This document shows, in pieces, positions 54,986 through 57,180 of a stretch of DNA of 57,180 bases. A program made the translations under genes and the position numbers. The DNA lies in NCBI GenBank assembly GCA_903842365.1, contig CAIMLU010000018.1:1-57180 (forward strand), read 5' to 3'. The stretch's first letter is position 1. The number at the start of each line of letters is the position of its first letter. The notes under the pieces are model-generated. The model did no database searches and was not told where the DNA came from. It saw only the letters and a program-made list of their open reading frames with translations. This stretch comes from an uncultured bacterium (lineage in GTDB: Bacteria; Patescibacteriota; Minisyncoccia; Phycocordibacterales; UBA6065).

Positions 54986-55066
54986 TGCCGGAGGCTGGAC
55001 TTGAACCCGCACGCTATTAGGCGAACGATTTTGAGTCGTTTGTGTCTGCCATTCCACCACTCCGGC
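54986..55066 (-). tRNA. tRNA-Leu (CAA), CCA not encoded
   Basis: 81-nt class II tRNA on the minus strand: GCCGGAG acceptor, GTGGAATGGCAGACAC D-arm, anticodon loop CTCAAAA, and a long variable arm. There is one G-A mismatch in the T-stem. It has no 3'-linked element. Confidence 0.8.
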
Positions 55067-55186
55067 ATTAAGTAATATGTAACCAATTGTTTAGACCAAT
55101 TGGTAACCCATATAACTTACAACAAAATGCGCACTTTCTCAAATCAATAGTGTGATATTATGTTTTCATAATCTTGATGTAAAGAA

Positions 55187-56230
55187 ATGAACCCAACACC
55201 CATTGAAGGAAACGCAGTTTTTTGGATTGATGTAGAAAAAATCCATCCAAACCCATACCAACCACGTCGTGAATTTAATGAAGCCGCGCTCAAAGATTTA
55301 GCCGAATCAATTCGCATGTATGGTGTACTTCAACCACTCGTTGTTACTCGTGCTGAAAAGACAAAAGAAGATGGTGGTATTGTTGTTGAATATGAATTGA
55401 TTTCAGGCGAACGACGCCTTCGCGCTTCAAAATTGGCAGGACTTCGTGAGGTTCCATCAATTATCAGGACTGACGCACAGGATGCTCGTGTGAAACTGGA
55501 ACTCGCTATTATTGAAAATCTTCAACGTGAAGATTTGAACCCTGTTGACCGCGCTCGATCGTTTGATCGTTTGGTCAAAGAGTTTGCGATGAAACATGTC
55601 GATATTGCAAAAAAAATGGGCAAGAGTCGTGAATATGTTTCAAATAGCCTTCGTCTTCTTGCTCTTCCAGAAGATATTTTAAATGCGTTATCAGAAGGAA
55701 AGCTTACTGAAGGTCACGCCCGCCCGCTCATGATGCTCGTTGATCGCCCTCAGGAACAATCAACCTTGTTCAAGGAGATTATATTGAGGCGTCTCACGGT
55801 TCGTGAAGCAGAAGCGATCGCCCGAAAAATCGCCGTTGATCGCATTAGGAAGAAGGAACGTATGTTTGATCCTGAAGTTGTTGAAATGGAGCGTAAACTT
55901 GCCTCGTCGCTCGGGACTCGTGTTCAGATTGAACACAAGCAGAATGGCGGAAAGATTGTTATTGACTTCTTTGGCAACGATGATTTAAAAGCAATTCTCG
56001 CCATGATCCAGGATGCTCGCTCAAAAGGGACCTTGGCACCTGCGACTGTTGCCGAATCAGCAACGCTTGGCGGTGACACACAGACTGTTCAGCCGGTACA
56101 AACATCAACAGGTGACGTGGATTCAGTTATTGCAGAAACCGCAACGCCAATCGACGATCGTCCACAGGAAGAAGTGAAACAGGAGGAGAATGATGAAGAT
56201 TTGTATTCGATAAAGAATTTTAGTTTGTAA
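55187..56230 (+). CDS. parB: ParB/Spo0J-family partition protein
   Basis: ISGERRLRASKLAG and IENLQREDLNP ParB boxes plus an HTH. Acidic C-terminal tail. No parA in the window. Confidence 0.88.
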   Translation: MNPTPIEGNAVFWIDVEKIHPNPYQPRREFNEAALKDLAESIRMYGVLQPLVVTRAEKTKEDGGIVVEYELISGERRLRASKLAGLREVPSIIRTDAQDARVKLELAIIENLQREDLNPVDRARSFDRLVKEFAMKHVDIAKKMGKSREYVSNSLRLLALPEDILNALSEGKLTEGHARPLMMLVDRPQEQSTLFKEIILRRLTVREAEAIARKIAVDRIRKKERMFDPEVVEMERKLASSLGTRVQIEHKQNGGKIVIDFFGNDDLKAILAMIQDARSKGTLAPATVAESATLGGDTQTVQPVQTSTGDVDSVIAETATPIDDRPQEEVKQEENDEDLYSIKNFSL

Positions 56231-56231
56231 G

Positions 56232-56273
56232 ACATAACCCCCCGACTCACAAAAGTGAGTCGGGGGGTTATGT
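56232..56273 (+). terminator. rho-independent terminator
   Basis: acataaccccccgactcac / gtgagtcggggggttatgt, a 19-bp stem followed by a T-rich run. Confidence 0.75.
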
Positions 56274-56422
56274 TTGTTTTAGAACGCAATTAGATAATTG
56301 ATTCTACCTCAGCAGGGGTTTGTGCTGTGTCGTTATTTGCCCTTTTATGGGCACTATGCTACTATAGCCCCACGTTCAAGGTCTGAATTTCAGCTTTGGA
56401 TTTTCAAAAGAAATCAATCTCT

Positions 56423-56578
56423 ATGTCACAGGATCAACTCATTATTCTCCGCAACAAGGAGACCGGCGAAACTATCCACACTCGCAAAAACAAGCGAAAG
56501 GTAGAACGCAAAATTGAACTCAAGAAATATTCAAAAAAGCTTCGCAAGCGAATTGTTTTCAAGGAGGCAAAGAAGTAA
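56423..56578 (+). CDS. rpmG: 50S ribosomal protein L33 (Cys-less type)
   Basis: 51 aa from the ATG at 56423. The ILRNKETGETIHTRKNKRKVERKIELKKYSKKLRKRIVFKEAK pattern is typical of L33. Confidence 0.75.
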   Translation: MSQDQLIILRNKETGETIHTRKNKRKVERKIELKKYSKKLRKRIVFKEAKK

Positions 56579-56586
56579 AACAAATA

Positions 56587-56649
56587 AACCGCTTTTGGCG
56601 GTTTTTGTTTTGATTGCATTTAAAAACAACCCATTTTGTGGGTTGTTTT
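56587..56649. terminator. two tandem terminator hairpins between convergent rpmG and the DUF805 gene
   Basis: aaccgc/gcggtt plus a T-run at 56587-56610, and aaaaacaaccca/tgggttgttttt at 56622-56649. Confidence 0.65.
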
Positions 56650-56662
56650 TAAATGAGATTCT

Positions 56663-57085
56663 TTACGCCTGTGGCTGTGGTGAAACTGGATTTTGTGGGG
56701 CCTGGGCTACGATAGGTGTTTCAACCTTTGGGTCTGGGCCATATTGGTTGTCTCCAGGTGTTCCATCGAGGACCGAGAAGACAAAAAGTATAATACCCCC
56801 AACCGCAGGGACAAAAGTGATAAAGAACAACCAGCCACTTTTATCTATATCATGGAGCCTGCGCACTGTGAGGGCGAGGGATGGAATTATAACTGCGAGT
56901 CCATATACAGATATTATTCCGATGATTATTGCTGGATTAATATTGTATACAACGAATCCAATGCCTATGAGGGAGAGTGCGAATATAATAAGGGTGTTAA
57001 AGAGTGTAAACATCCAATATTCGCGCCTGTGTGCTCGTCCAGAAAAATCTGCGTATTTTTTAAAGACGTTAATGAAATCAGTCAT
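56663..57085 (-). CDS. DUF805-family inner membrane protein
   Basis: DFSGRAHRREYWMF and VRRLHDIDKSGW signatures. Pro/Gln-rich C-terminal tail. Confidence 0.82.
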   Translation of the reverse strand: MTDFINVFKKYADFSGRAHRREYWMFTLFNTLIIFALSLIGIGFVVYNINPAIIIGIISVYGLAVIIPSLALTVRRLHDIDKSGWLFFITFVPAVGGIILFVFSVLDGTPGDNQYGPDPKVETPIVAQAPQNPVSPQPQA

Positions 57086-57180
57086 GGAATTTAAGTAATT
57101 AATAAAAACTCCCTTAAGTTTATAGTATATACACGTCCTGTCTATATGGGATGTTGTGTATAAATGAGTGGGCCCGCAAT

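Noticed and set aside
56514-57098. 194-aa and 133-aa plus-strand ORFs overlapping the DUF805 gene
   Set aside because: The minus-strand frame carries clear DUF805 signatures. The plus-strand frames run through two terminators and have no motifs.

Overview
This 57-kb window looks like the chromosome of a small-genome, Gram-positive-like bacterium. The gene content resembles Candidate Phyla Radiation / Patescibacteria (Parcubacteria-like), but that is an inference from gene content and no search was run. The standard genetic code applies: TGA closes ORFs in ATGA overlaps at 10519, 35163 and 53699, and an RF2 gene is present. Housekeeping genes recognised by motif are mraY, rsmI, murB, secA, gpmI, eno, obg, a DEAD-box helicase, prfB, ftsE, ftsX, pyrG, parB and rpmG. 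There is an 11-kb surface-glycan cluster at 8173-19006 with five GT4 glycosyltransferases, two methyltransferases, a Wzx-like flippase and a Wzy_C/O-antigen-ligase-TPR protein. An ECF sigma factor sits next to a MacAB-type efflux module at 49704-54922. There are six tRNA genes. Two regions stand out. (1) Five of the six tRNA genes are each followed directly by a 180-260 nt non-coding element with a shared architecture. Each element carries segments antisense to its own host tRNA's T-loop and acceptor 3' strand, plus a direct copy of the host 3' end. Conserved hairpins in these elements show compensatory base changes. I cannot assign them to any RNA or mobile-element family I know, and no integrase, transposase or reverse transcriptase lies in the window. 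(2) Directly downstream is a 10.7-kb operon of seven secreted or membrane-anchored proteins at 33676-44414. It contains a 1329-aa protein with five copies of an unrecognised ~170-aa module, a paralogous small subunit, a DUF916/CARDB-like anchored protein, and a cohesin/dockerin set. It is probably a cell-surface attachment apparatus. All calls come from reading the ORF translations and the DNA. No database search, folding program or statistical test was run.
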